From positions 17,736 to 81,735 of the forward strand of contig JAFXAN010000121.1 in the NCBI GenBank assembly GCA_017517035.1: a stretch of DNA of 64,000 nt, written 5' to 3'. Source of the stretch: Clostridia bacterium (GTDB lineage: Bacteria; Bacillota; Clostridia; Oscillospirales; CAG-272). Shown here one piece after another: positions 47,117 to 56,912 of this stretch (position 1 is its first letter; every line of letters begins with the position of its first letter). The notes beneath the pieces were generated by a model that saw nothing but the letters and a program-made list of their open reading frames with translations, searched no databases and was not told the DNA's origin. Made by a program: the position numbers and the translations under genes.

Positions 47117-48972
47117 GTTGCGATACCTGCAAACTGGTTGCTATAAAGCTTTGAATATTCTCCTCCGAGCGCAAGAAGCTCCTCATGATTGCCGCTTTCA
47201 ACGATAACACCGCCCGAAAGAACAACTATCACATCCGCATCACGAATGGTAGAAAGTCTGTGTGCAATAATTAGTGATGTTCTGTTCTTCATCAGATTTA
47301 CCATTGCCTGCTGAATGTGCATTTCTGTTCGTGTATCAACGGATGATGTTGCCTCGTCGAGAATGAGGATTTTCGGATCTGCAAGCACGGCACGGGATAT
47401 GGCAAGAAGCTGTCTCTGTCCCTGTGAGAGATTCGAACCCGCTTCGGTAAGCTCCGTATCATAGCCTTCAGGCAAACGCTCAATAAACCTATCGGCATTT
47501 GAGGTTTTTGTTGCTTTTTTGATATCCTCCTCTGTGGCATTATCATTTCCGTATTTAATATTAGTCCTTATAGTGTCGCAGAAAAGCACGGTATCCTGAA
47601 GAACAATGCCGATAAACTTTCTGAGAACATCCTTCGGGATATCTTTTATATCCACACCGTCAACAGTGATAGTACCGCTGTTTATCTCATAAAACCTGGT
47701 GAGAAGATTAACAATTGTGGTCTTGCCCGAGCCTGTTGCGCCGACAATTGCTATTTTTTGTCCCGGCTCAACTTTAAGATTCAGCTTTTTAAGGACAGGC
47801 TTACCTTCAACATAAGAAAAATCGACATCCTTAAATACGATCTCACCCTTCATGTTCTCTGCATCAAACTCGGTTTTGCCTTCGTCCACCTCGTTTTCAC
47901 TGTCCATTATCTCAAAGATTCTCTCTGCCGCTGCAAGTGCTGTCAGAATTGCAGAATACTGATTTGCGATCTGATTTATGGGATGGGTGAACTTCTTTGA
48001 ATACTGAAGCATTGCCTGAATTGCACCGATGGTAATTCCAAGACCCTTCAGCATCATAAATCCACCGCTTGCGGCAATGAGAACATACTGGAAATTTCCA
48101 AGGAAATTCATAACAGGTCCCATAACCGAGCCCCAAACTCTTGCGGAGATACTGTTTTTGCGAAGTGCTTCGCTCTCTGATGCAAAATTGTTTACTGCTT
48201 TTTCCTCTTTACCGTATGCAACAACGGTTTTATATGAGGTTACCATTTCTTCAACCTCACCGTTTAGCTTTCCGAGAAGCTTTTGCTGACGAATGAAATA
48301 TTTTCGCATGAATTTTGCGAGATTGGTCGATACTAAAATTGTTATCGGAATTGTCAGAATGGCAATAAGTGTTATCTGCCAGCTGTAATATATCATCATT
48401 GCAAATGCGCCGCAAAGCGTCATAATGCTTGAAAACAGCATTGTTATTGACGAGGAAACAGCATTTGAAACATTTTCAACATCATTTGTCATTCTTGACA
48501 TGATGTCTCCATGTCTGTGATTATCGGTATAGCTTATGGGAAGCCTCGATATCTTTCTGAAAAGATCGTTTCTCATTATAAATACTGTACTTTGGGAAAG
48601 CTTTGCGGAAAGAAGTCCCTGAGCGTAAAACAAAACAGAGCTTATAACGAATATAATAGCCATTATGACAAGATAAACTGTCAGTGATTCAAAATCAACT
48701 ATGGTTTTATCTCCGACTATCTTAAAGGTATCAATTGCCTTTTGCTGAAAAAACGGGCCTAAAAGGTCGATAACGGTAACACAGATCATAATTCCGAGCA
48801 GTGCCACAAGAATTGCGCTGCTTTTTCCGATATATCGGAAAAGTCTGCCGATTGTGCGCTTCAAGTTTTTCGGCTTTTCACGGTTGATCCTTGCGTTCAT
48901 CGGACCTCCGCCGCCTCTGCCGGGACCTTGACCTCCCGGTCTTCCCATCTGCGGTCCTCTCTGATTATTCAC
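47113..48972 (-). CDS. ABC exporter, fused permease/ATPase (heterodimer partner B)
   Basis: Six-TM domain followed by Walker A GATGSGKTT, signature LSQGQRQ and Walker B ILILDEATS. A Gly-rich N-terminal tail is present. The GTG start overlaps the upstream stop by 8 nt. Confidence 0.9.
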   Translation of the reverse strand: MNNQRGPQMGRPGGQGPGRGGGGPMNARINREKPKNLKRTIGRLFRYIGKSSAILVALLGIMICVTVIDLLGPFFQQKAIDTFKIVGDKTIVDFESLTVYLVIMAIIFVISSVLFYAQGLLSAKLSQSTVFIMRNDLFRKISRLPISYTDNHRHGDIMSRMTNDVENVSNAVSSSITMLFSSIMTLCGAFAMMIYYSWQITLIAILTIPITILVSTNLAKFMRKYFIRQQKLLGKLNGEVEEMVTSYKTVVAYGKEEKAVNNFASESEALRKNSISARVWGSVMGPVMNFLGNFQYVLIAASGGFMMLKGLGITIGAIQAMLQYSKKFTHPINQIANQYSAILTALAAAERIFEIMDSENEVDEGKTEFDAENMKGEIVFKDVDFSYVEGKPVLKKLNLKVEPGQKIAIVGATGSGKTTIVNLLTRFYEINSGTITVDGVDIKDIPKDVLRKFIGIVLQDTVLFCDTIRTNIKYGNDNATEEDIKKATKTSNADRFIERLPEGYDTELTEAGSNLSQGQRQLLAISRAVLADPKILILDEATSSVDTRTEMHIQQAMVNLMKNRTSLIIAHRLSTIRDADVIVVLSGGVIVESGNHEELLALGGEYSKLYSNQFAGIAT

Positions 48973-50770
48973 TTATATCACCACCGTTCTTCATCTGGGA
49001 ATCATAGATATCTCTATATGTTTCACTTATGCGCATAAGCTCTTCATGAGGCGCACAATGCTTTATCGTGCCATCTTCGATAACAGCGATTCTGTCTGCC
49101 TCCTTGACCGATGCGATCCTCTGTGCGATCATTATGACGGTCGTATCCTTCATTTTTTCGTGAAGTGCCTTTCTCAGCTTTGCCTCGGTCACAAGGTCGA
49201 GAGCAGATGTTGCATCGTCAAAAATCAAAATTTCGGGCTTTCTGATAACGCCTCTTGCAATTGAAAGTCTCTGTTTCTGACCGCCGCTGAGCGAAGCACC
49301 CTTTTCGGCAATATAATCATCATATCCATTCGGCAGGTTTTCAACAAAGTCCTTTGCCTGCGCCGTTTCAACCGCATCTTTTATTTCTTCAAGCGTGGCA
49401 TCCTCTTTACCCCAGCGAATGTTATTTGCAACGGTGTCCGAGAAAAGCTCACTCTTTTGCATAACATAGCTAATCTTGTTTCTGAGAACAGAAAGCTTAT
49501 AATCCTTTACATCAATACCGCCGACTTTGACTTTTCCGGCACTCGGATCATAAAATCTCGGAACAAGGCTCACAAGCGAAGTTTTACCGCATCCCGTTGA
49601 ACCGATGATGGCAAGTGTTTCACCTCGTTTTATATTGAGGTTTATATCATGAAGAACATCTTCGCCTGCAGTTCCCGGATAACGGAAGCTGACGTTCTCA
49701 AAGGAAACCGCAATATCGTCGGATGAGCCGTCAGAGAGTCCGCTCTTTACGGTAGGATCAGAATCCATGATCTCATTTATTCTCTTACCCGATGCAATGG
49801 CACGGGAAATGGAATTGAACATCATAGTCACCATCATAATAGACATTATAACCTGAGTTACATATGTTATTCCTGCCATGACGCTTCCGACGCTCATTCC
49901 CGCTATGCCGTTTTTAATATCAATTCCACCAATAAGAATTATGGCTATGATTGCAAGATTCTGGAGGATATTTAGAACAGGATGAATTATCGCCATAAGG
50001 CGAAGTACTCGGAGATTTATGTCTTTTAGCTCACCGTTTGCAGTCGAAAAACGGTTTGTTTCATAATCTTCTCTTACATATGCTTTTACAACTCTTGCGC
50101 CGCTTACATTTTCCTGCACAACAGAATTTACTCTGTCAAGCTTTTTCTGAACTGTGCTGAATAGCGGTATTGATTTTGAAAGAACGAGAATGAGAGTTGC
50201 AAGAAGCAGTGGCAGAGAGCAAAGAAGAACAACTCCGAATTTCAAATTCAGCGAAAGAAGCATAACAGTTCCGCCAATGAGGAACATAGGCGATCTCACG
50301 CACATTCTGAGTATCATTTCAACAAGCTCGATGAGCATTGCAATATCATTCGTCATTCTTGTAACAAGAGAGCCTGTTGTAAATTTGTCTGTCTGCTCAA
50401 TTGAGAGGGACATTACTCTTCTGTATGCATCGCAGCGCAGATCGTGTCCAAATCCCTGAGAAGCTTTTGCGGCGGTATATGCACACATTGTTCCGAAAAA
50501 TCCACCAACAAGAACTATCAGCAGCATCATAACACCGAAAGTAATAATTACATTCATTTGTGTAAAATCGCTGCCAAAAAGAGCTGTCATTATTTCATAT
50601 GGCATCCCGGAATCCACGATCTCCTCAAGACCGCCCTCGGCAATTCCGAAGTCAACTATATATGACATGAGCTTCGGAAGTGATAGGTCTGCCATTACTT
50701 CACCTATCATAAGGATCGGTGAGATTATAGCAAAAAACAAATACGGTTTTAAATATTTTGCAAGCTTCAT
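48965..50770 (-). CDS. ABC exporter, fused permease/ATPase (heterodimer partner A)
   Basis: Walker A GSTGCGKTS, signature LSGGQKQR and Walker B ILIFDDATS. An ATGA overlap links it to marR. Confidence 0.9.
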   Translation of the reverse strand: MKLAKYLKPYLFFAIISPILMIGEVMADLSLPKLMSYIVDFGIAEGGLEEIVDSGMPYEIMTALFGSDFTQMNVIITFGVMMLLIVLVGGFFGTMCAYTAAKASQGFGHDLRCDAYRRVMSLSIEQTDKFTTGSLVTRMTNDIAMLIELVEMILRMCVRSPMFLIGGTVMLLSLNLKFGVVLLCSLPLLLATLILVLSKSIPLFSTVQKKLDRVNSVVQENVSGARVVKAYVREDYETNRFSTANGELKDINLRVLRLMAIIHPVLNILQNLAIIAIILIGGIDIKNGIAGMSVGSVMAGITYVTQVIMSIMMVTMMFNSISRAIASGKRINEIMDSDPTVKSGLSDGSSDDIAVSFENVSFRYPGTAGEDVLHDINLNIKRGETLAIIGSTGCGKTSLVSLVPRFYDPSAGKVKVGGIDVKDYKLSVLRNKISYVMQKSELFSDTVANNIRWGKEDATLEEIKDAVETAQAKDFVENLPNGYDDYIAEKGASLSGGQKQRLSIARGVIRKPEILIFDDATSALDLVTEAKLRKALHEKMKDTTVIMIAQRIASVKEADRIAVIEDGTIKHCAPHEELMRISETYRDIYDSQMKNGGDISE

Positions 50771-51240
50771 TCTGTTTCTTCCTCACATAAAAGGTTCTTT
50801 CTCATTTTTAAAAGTATTTCGGTTGCAGTTTTTATCTCTTCATCACTAAGTCCTCGCATAACATATCTGTCTATGCTCTGAAGATTTTCAAAATTCTGTC
50901 TCTCAAGTGTCTTTCCCTTTTCGGTCAGATATATTTTGGAAATTCTTGCATCATCGGGATCGCTTTCCCTTGAAACAAGCCCCATCTCTTCCATTTTTTT
51001 GATCCCAAGGCTTACGGTCGGCTTGCTCAGATGAGTATATTCCACAAGATCTATCATGGAAACTCCTTCGCATTTCGAAAGTATCCTCATAAGCCTTCTG
51101 CTGCTATGCGGAAGCGAATCGGGAAAAACTCCGGAGCTTCTGGCTCTTGCATCAAAAAGCCTTGCGATACTATTGAGGATCATCACAGGATTTTCTTCAA
51201 TTTTTCCATGGCAGGAGCATTTGCATTCCATTTTTTTCAT
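50767..51240 (-). CDS. MarR family transcriptional regulator
   Basis: 157 aa with a wHTH block SMIDLVEYTHLSKPTVSLGIKKMEEMGLV...DPDDARI. Confidence 0.85.
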   Translation of the reverse strand: MKKMECKCSCHGKIEENPVMILNSIARLFDARARSSGVFPDSLPHSSRRLMRILSKCEGVSMIDLVEYTHLSKPTVSLGIKKMEEMGLVSRESDPDDARISKIYLTEKGKTLERQNFENLQSIDRYVMRGLSDEEIKTATEILLKMRKNLLCEEETE

Positions 51241-51252
51241 ATATATCCTCCA

Positions 51253-51276
51253 AATTAGTTTGTTTGCAAACTAATT
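51253..51276. promoter_or_regulatory. perfect 10-bp inverted repeat (AATTAGTTTG-4 nt-CAAACTAATT), likely the MarR operator
   Basis: Lies directly upstream of the marR Shine-Dalgarno and ATG. Its size and symmetry are typical of MarR auto-operators. Confidence 0.45.
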
Positions 51277-51424
51277 ATATCATAAAAGCCCGAAAAGTCA
51301 ATATATTTTATACTTTTTACATTTTGTTCAAAACATATTATGGTGCAAAAAATATTTTTTGTAACACATTAAATGTCTTTTTTTGAGCAAATTAAGCACA
51401 GACAAAGTCAAAGCAAAGGAAGTA

Positions 51425-52639
51425 ATGAAAATGCAAGCAAAAATTTTAAAAATAACATCGGTCACTCTGACCGTTCTCATGGTTATGACCGCTTTTATAA
51501 TGGGAATAGCGGATCTGCTTGTTCCCGAAAGACTGTCATATCATTTCGGAGAGAAACCAACGGAAAATGTATTCATTAAAATTGAAACAGACAATGCTCT
51601 TCCCGTTTCCGCAACACCTGAGCACAAGATGACTTTGAAGGGCGAAGCAAAGCTCTTCGGATTTCTGCCGCTGAAAAAAGTCAGTATAGATTATTATGAT
51701 GATCTTTGCCTTTATGTTGGCGGTTTTCCCTTCGGTGTTAAATTCTATACCGAAGGAATAGTTGTTGTGGATATTTCAGCGGTTGAAACAGAAAACGGCA
51801 ATTCAAATCCCGCACATGATGCCGGGATCAGAGAAAACGACATAATAATAAAATGCAACGGCGAGCCGCTTTCGGGCGCAGAATCACTTACAAAAATGAT
51901 AGAAAGCTGTAATGGTAATTCTCTCACACTCACCTGCAAAAGAAACGGAGAGGAATTTGAAGCCTCGGTAACTCCTGTGAAATCCAAGGAAGATGGACTT
52001 TATAAGACCGGAATGTGGATAAAGGACAGCGGAGCCGGAATCGGCACAGTTACCTATCTCTCCCCCGATGACAACAGCTTTGGTGGGCTTGGTCACGGAA
52101 TTTGCGATCCCGTGAGCGGTGCTCTTATGCCCATGGAAAAAGGGAATCTGATGGGTGTGAGCATAAACGGTGTAAAAAAAGGGCTTGTGGGAGAGCCTGG
52201 TGAGATCAAAGGATTTTTTGACGGAGAAAAGCTTGGTGCCGTGCTGAAAAACACAAATTGCGGTGTTTTCGGGATCTATACAGAAAAACCGAGAGAAGCT
52301 CAAACACTTCTCCCGATAGGACTAAAAAGTGAAATACAAAGCGGAAAGGCAACCGTTATCTGTACTCTCGATGAGAGCGGTGCAAAGGAATATGAAATAG
52401 AGCTTTCCGCCATCAACTATTCCGCCTCGCAAGAATCAAATAAATGCTTCACCGTAAAGGTGACAGACCCTGCTCTACTTGAGATCACAGGCGGCATAGT
52501 TCAGGGCATGTCAGGTTCACCCATCCTGCAAAATGGCCGAATTGTGGGAGCTGTGACACACGTATTTGTGAATGATCCAACAAGAGGTTATGGCATATTT
52601 ATAGAAAATATGCTTGCCGAAGCGGAGAAAATCAAATAG
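51425..52639 (+). CDS. spoIVB: stage IV sporulation protein B (S55 signalling serine peptidase)
   Basis: N-terminal TM helix, a PDZ region, and a peptidase S55 C-terminus with the GMSGSPI catalytic box. The ATG at 51425 follows AAGGAAG. Confidence 0.9.
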   Translation: MKMQAKILKITSVTLTVLMVMTAFIMGIADLLVPERLSYHFGEKPTENVFIKIETDNALPVSATPEHKMTLKGEAKLFGFLPLKKVSIDYYDDLCLYVGGFPFGVKFYTEGIVVVDISAVETENGNSNPAHDAGIRENDIIIKCNGEPLSGAESLTKMIESCNGNSLTLTCKRNGEEFEASVTPVKSKEDGLYKTGMWIKDSGAGIGTVTYLSPDDNSFGGLGHGICDPVSGALMPMEKGNLMGVSINGVKKGLVGEPGEIKGFFDGEKLGAVLKNTNCGVFGIYTEKPREAQTLLPIGLKSEIQSGKATVICTLDESGAKEYEIELSAINYSASQESNKCFTVKVTDPALLEITGGIVQGMSGSPILQNGRIVGAVTHVFVNDPTRGYGIFIENMLAEAEKIK

Positions 52640-52650
52640 CAAAAATGCTC
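52607..52650 (+). repeat. 44-nt core repeat, copy 1 (spoIVB last codons, stop codon and left terminator arm)
   Basis: AATATGCTTGCCGAAGCGGAGAAAATCAAATAGCAAAAATGCTC recurs at 61494-61537 with 2 mismatches, counted by eye. Confidence 0.85.
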
Positions 52651-52678
52651 ACTTATATTTCATAGGTGAGCATTTTTT
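52641..52678 (+). terminator. spoIVB terminator hairpin
   Basis: Stem AAAAATGCTCAC / GTGAGCATTTTT followed by a T-run. It overlaps the 3' end of the convergent AraC gene. Confidence 0.7.
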
Positions 52679-53460
52679 ATGTATTCAGACGGACTGCAAC
52701 CAATATTATTTTTAAAAACTCTGCTGAAATAATACACATTTGAAAAACCGGCAATTTCAGATATTTCGTTTATATTATAATGCCTTGTATTGATCAATTC
52801 GCATGCGTATTGCAGTTTTTTTGACATGATATATTTTACAGGAGTTATGCCAAATCGTTTTTTAAATAACTTTGTCATATATGTGTGGCTTATATTGCAC
52901 AAATTTGCAAGGTGGTAACAGTCAATATTTTGATTAGTAAAGTTGTTGTCAATATATTCTATAGCAGGTTGGATTTTACTATATATGTGTGAGGGCAGAT
53001 AGTTTGTTTCTGCCTTTGAAATTTCAGCAAAAATATCATACAAGACAGACATAGACTTATAATAATAACCGTCAGGTTTATAATACCAATATTTTTGCAG
53101 TTTCTGAAACAGTTGTTTTAATATCAGGGAATTGTCATATTTTTTTACTGTTATCTCATTAGGAAGCGGAGAATCTGAGGTGAAACCTATATTAATGCTT
53201 TCTCCCTGTTCAATAACTTCTGCAGTATAGAGAGGAGCATACCTGAAATGAGCCGGATTTGGTAAAAAACGTAGGCAGTCAGCTTTTTCTGTTACTTGTT
53301 TTCGGTCAAAGGTAATAATAGCTTCTCCGGAGAGTTTATACAATAACTGATAATGAAAAACATAATCAGTTTCAAATTTTGTGTAACTTCCTTTTTTATT
53401 ACCGATACGGTGGTTAACGAAAATAATATCGTTTATTTTAATCTTGTCATGTTGAATCAT
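52660..53460 (-). CDS. AraC family transcriptional regulator (cupin sensor)
   Basis: C-terminal HTH ISEIAGFSNVYYFSRVFKNNIGCSPSEY. The ATG at 53460 follows GAGGAGGAG. It is divergent from the GRE gene. Confidence 0.85.
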   Translation of the reverse strand: MIQHDKIKINDIIFVNHRIGNKKGSYTKFETDYVFHYQLLYKLSGEAIITFDRKQVTEKADCLRFLPNPAHFRYAPLYTAEVIEQGESINIGFTSDSPLPNEITVKKYDNSLILKQLFQKLQKYWYYKPDGYYYKSMSVLYDIFAEISKAETNYLPSHIYSKIQPAIEYIDNNFTNQNIDCYHLANLCNISHTYMTKLFKKRFGITPVKYIMSKKLQYACELINTRHYNINEISEIAGFSNVYYFSRVFKNNIGCSPSEYIKNAHL

Positions 53461-53609
53461 ACTTCTCAACTCCTCCTCAAGATTATATCATACTTTTAAA
53501 ACATATGCAATATTTTTGTTTGAAAAAGTATAAAATTATGGTTTTGTTTATTTACTTATTTAAATAATTGTGATATCCTTAATTTGTCAATAATACAGGA
53601 GGTGATTTT

Positions 53610-55748
53610 ATGACAGAACGAATTGAGAATATGGTAAATTATGTTTTAAAAAAGACAATTTATCCCGAACCAAGAGAAATCGAATATGACAGAGCAGATT
53701 ATTTATTGTCCGAAAGATGTAGAGAAACTAAAAGATTATGTGAGTATATGCTTGCACAAGAGGTTGCAATTCCTGACGGAGCATTAATGGTTGGTATGAT
53801 AAGGTTTGACAAATGCCCATATCCTTCGGATTTTATGAAGAAAAAAGGATTTAAGCATACCAAAGAAATTCAGCAACATTTCTTTGATCTCCAAAATGGA
53901 CCTTTTGATTACTTTAAATTTTGGGGATGGCAACACGCAACCGCAGATTTTGGCAAAATCATTGAAGTAGGTATAGAAGGAATAAAAGAGCAGATATACA
54001 AATCATTGGAAAAGTTTTCTGAAGATGAAGATAAAACTGATTTCTTAAATGCATGTCTTATGGTATGTGATGGTATAATTGCATGGGAAAACAAATGCGT
54101 AGATGAGTGCTACAACAGATCATTGACAGAGAACACCCCCGAAAGAAAACAACAGCTTTTAAAAATGTCTGAAAACTTGAAGCGTGTGCCACGTTATCCT
54201 GCAACAAGCTTTTATGAAGCAATACAGAGCTTGTATTTTTGCTTTGACTTTTTATCTGACAGTCTTGGGTTGCCTGACCGTTGGTTATACAAATATTATA
54301 AGCAAGATATAGAAAATGGAAGCATAACAGATGAGTTTGCAAAGGAACTCCTGCAGGAGCTTTTCATCCGCGTTCAGAGTTGTACACCTGTTGAGAGTGC
54401 TGCTTTTACAAAAGGTGGAGAAAGTAATTTTTCTCTTGGCGGATATACGGCAGACGGAGAGGATGGATATAACGAATTATCAGAACTTATTTTAACCTCG
54501 CTTCTGGAACTGCCGTTATACATACCACAGGTAACCTTCAGATGGACAAAAAAAACTCCATTTGATACTTTTTACCACGTTATGGATTTGGAAAGAAAAG
54601 ACCCTCATCAAAGAATTGCCTTTGTAAATGACGATGTAAAAATTGAATGTCTTATGAAAAATTGCAATGTATCATGGGAAGAGGCCATAAGTTATGTAAC
54701 AATAGGTTGCAATATGATTGCTCTATCAGGCGGATTATGGTACGGAACAGGATATGCAAATCAGGTTAAACCGTTAAACGATACTCTGTATAACAGGAAA
54801 GAAGATATAATAAAAGCAAAAAACTTTGATGAATTTTTTGAAATATACAAAGACGAGCTTCACAAACATCTAACAAGAGATATGGAAGTCGGAAATATGC
54901 TTCATGCTTATGCATCAAAGGATGAATGTATACTCGGAAGCCTTTTTATGACAGGCTGTATAGAAAAAGGATTGTCAATGCATAAAGGCGGTGCCTCCGG
55001 TTTTTCTGAAATGGGCGGTGGTGCAGGTCTTATGTGTACAATAGATTCTCTTGCAATTATTAAACAGTTCGTATTTGATGAAAAAATTGTATCTGCAGAA
55101 GAAATGCTGAATGCTCTGGAAAATAACTGGGATGGTTACGAACATCTTCACAGTATGATTTTAAAAAAAGGCAATTTTTTTGGCAACGACTATGAATTGT
55201 CAGACGAGGTTGCAAAAAGAGTTACAACAGCAATAAATGAGTTCGCAAAAGATAAAACCGATATATTCGGCAAACATTATATAGGTGTTGTTGCACCGGG
55301 ATACAGAGAATATCATAAAGTCTTTGGAGCGGTTACAGGTGCTACTCCCGACGGAAGATTTAAAGGAGAGCCTTTCAAAACTATAGGAGTAGGTCAGACA
55401 GAAGGCAGGGACAGAGAAGGTCTTACAGCTCTTTTAAATTCTGTTGCAAATTATGATCCCAGCCGTCACTTTGCAGGAGTTACCGTAACAAATATAAATG
55501 TGGATTCTGCCTTGATTGATAATGATGAAAATTTTAAAAAGACTGCAATACTAATAGAAACATACTTCAAAAACGGGGGTGCGCAAATTCAAATTAACTC
55601 TGTTTCAGCAGAAGAATTGATTGCTGCAAAAGAAAATCCCGAAAAGTACAAAAGTTTGAGAGTAAGAGTCAGCGGTTTTTCAGATTATTTTGTAAATTTA
55701 TCTGAGCCACTTCAGGATAACATTATTAAAAGAACATCATTAAAGTAA
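53610..55748 (+). CDS. glycyl radical enzyme, PFL2/glycerol-dehydratase-like fold, short form (712 aa)
   Basis: C-terminal glycyl-radical motif [11 protein letters not shown] (Gly689, codon 55674-55676). Cys loop VTIGCNM (Cys367, codon 54708-54710). PFL2-type N-terminal blocks ([30 protein letters not shown]). Confidence 0.85.
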   Translation: MTERIENMVNYVLKKTIYPEPREIEYDRADYLLSERCRETKRLCEYMLAQEVAIPDGALMVGMIRFDKCPYPSDFMKKKGFKHTKEIQQHFFDLQNGPFDYFKFWGWQHATADFGKIIEVGIEGIKEQIYKSLEKFSEDEDKTDFLNACLMVCDGIIAWENKCVDECYNRSLTENTPERKQQLLKMSENLKRVPRYPATSFYEAIQSLYFCFDFLSDSLGLPDRWLYKYYKQDIENGSITDEFAKELLQELFIRVQSCTPVESAAFTKGGESNFSLGGYTADGEDGYNELSELILTSLLELPLYIPQVTFRWTKKTPFDTFYHVMDLERKDPHQRIAFVNDDVKIECLMKNCNVSWEEAISYVTIGCNMIALSGGLWYGTGYANQVKPLNDTLYNRKEDIIKAKNFDEFFEIYKDELHKHLTRDMEVGNMLHAYASKDECILGSLFMTGCIEKGLSMHKGGASGFSEMGGGAGLMCTIDSLAIIKQFVFDEKIVSAEEMLNALENNWDGYEHLHSMILKKGNFFGNDYELSDEVAKRVTTAINEFAKDKTDIFGKHYIGVVAPGYREYHKVFGAVTGATPDGRFKGEPFKTIGVGQTEGRDREGLTALLNSVANYDPSRHFAGVTVTNINVDSALIDNDENFKKTAILIETYFKNGGAQIQINSVSAEELIAAKENPEKYKSLRVRVSGFSDYFVNLSEPLQDNIIKRTSLK

Positions 55749-55774
55749 ATTGTTGTCCCCTATTGACAACAGTC

Positions 55775-55906
55775 GTGAGCGGTTCTCCAATAATTCAGAA
55801 CGGAAGACTCATCGGAGCCATAACTCATGTCATGGTCAACGACCCAAGCACCGGCTACGGGATTTTTATTGAGAATATGCTGGCAGCGGTTGATGAAATC
55901 AAATAA
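55775..55906 (+). pseudogene. orphan 3' fragment of a spoIVB allele (43 codons plus stop)
   Basis: In-frame reading gives [43 protein letters not shown]. It aligns with the last 43 residues of the intact SpoIVB (about 12 differences by eye). No upstream coding continuation is visible. Confidence 0.85.
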
Positions 55907-55910
55907 AACA

Positions 55911-55942
55911 AGTGGGGCTTCACAACTGTGAACTGCCCCACT
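55911..55942. terminator. strong hairpin after spoIVB fragment 2 (bidirectional position)
   Basis: Stem AGTGGGGC...GCCCCACT with an inner TTCACA/TGTGAA extension. It sits between the fragment's stop and the stop of the convergent PocR-AraC gene. Confidence 0.6.
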
Positions 55943-55950
55943 TATCTATT

Positions 55951-56760
55951 TTAATTTATATTTTGTGTTTTTCGATATTGCGTTGGAGTAATGCCATTCT
56001 TTTCTTTAAATAATCTGCAAAAATATGCGTAATTTTCTATGCCCGCATTCCGTGATATCATATAAACAGGATCTTTTGTTTTAAGAAGAAGCTCCTTTGC
56101 GCAGTTCAATCTCTGCTCAGTAATGTACATATTTACTGTGCTACCCAAATTATCATTAAAAGCCTTATACAGACTGTTTTTTGATACATGAAACCTCGAG
56201 CACAAATCATTGATGGTCAGTTTTTCACATAAATTCGCCTCTATAAAATTTATAATTTCACTTGTAAGAGGGTCATACACAATCTGAATTGCACTGTCAA
56301 ATATAACAAAGGACAAAAGGTCATATAATGACATCAATTTTTCCTCTGTTATAAACGGCAGTTCGTTATATAGTTTCTGTAATTTTTCAGTTGTTTTATC
56401 ATCTATGTCAGAAGGAAGATGAGGGACTATGGGGGAATTTGAAGAGCGAATTCTTCCCATAATCGCAAAGCAAACGATAGTATCATTTTTGATAATCGGC
56501 ATTGCAGCATCATAAAGCCCCGCAAAGCAAATGTGCTTCTCAAGTTTCATTGAATTTCTGCATTTTTCCAATATTTTCATATCACATTCACGGCAATGAA
56601 GTCTTTCTGTCTTTTGCAAAACAGAGCAATAGTCATAAGCTTTTTTGCAATTTGCCAGCAGGTTATATTTTGTATCAAGTACGGATATTGAAACACCTGT
56701 AAGGTCATATATATTTTTAATAATTCTGTTTAACAGCACAGTATTATATTTTATAATCAT
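55951..56760 (-). CDS. AraC family regulator with a PocR-type sensor domain
   Basis: The N-terminus (CSVLQKTERLHCRECDMKILEKC...HICFAGLYDAAMPII...IMGRIR) matches the PocR ligand-domain pattern. A C-terminal AraC HTH follows. Confidence 0.7.
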   Translation of the reverse strand: MIIKYNTVLLNRIIKNIYDLTGVSISVLDTKYNLLANCKKAYDYCSVLQKTERLHCRECDMKILEKCRNSMKLEKHICFAGLYDAAMPIIKNDTIVCFAIMGRIRSSNSPIVPHLPSDIDDKTTEKLQKLYNELPFITEEKLMSLYDLLSFVIFDSAIQIVYDPLTSEIINFIEANLCEKLTINDLCSRFHVSKNSLYKAFNDNLGSTVNMYITEQRLNCAKELLLKTKDPVYMISRNAGIENYAYFCRLFKEKNGITPTQYRKTQNIN

Positions 56761-56912
56761 AAGAACACCTCTGCTAAAATTATACCACAGTCGGGAAGAT
56801 ATTGCAATATATAAAGAAAAAAATTCATTTACAAAAACGCATTAAATGTTGTATAATATGTGTAATCTGACAGGAGTTTTTATTCCGTCAGTAAAAATCA
56901 AGAGGTAAAACA

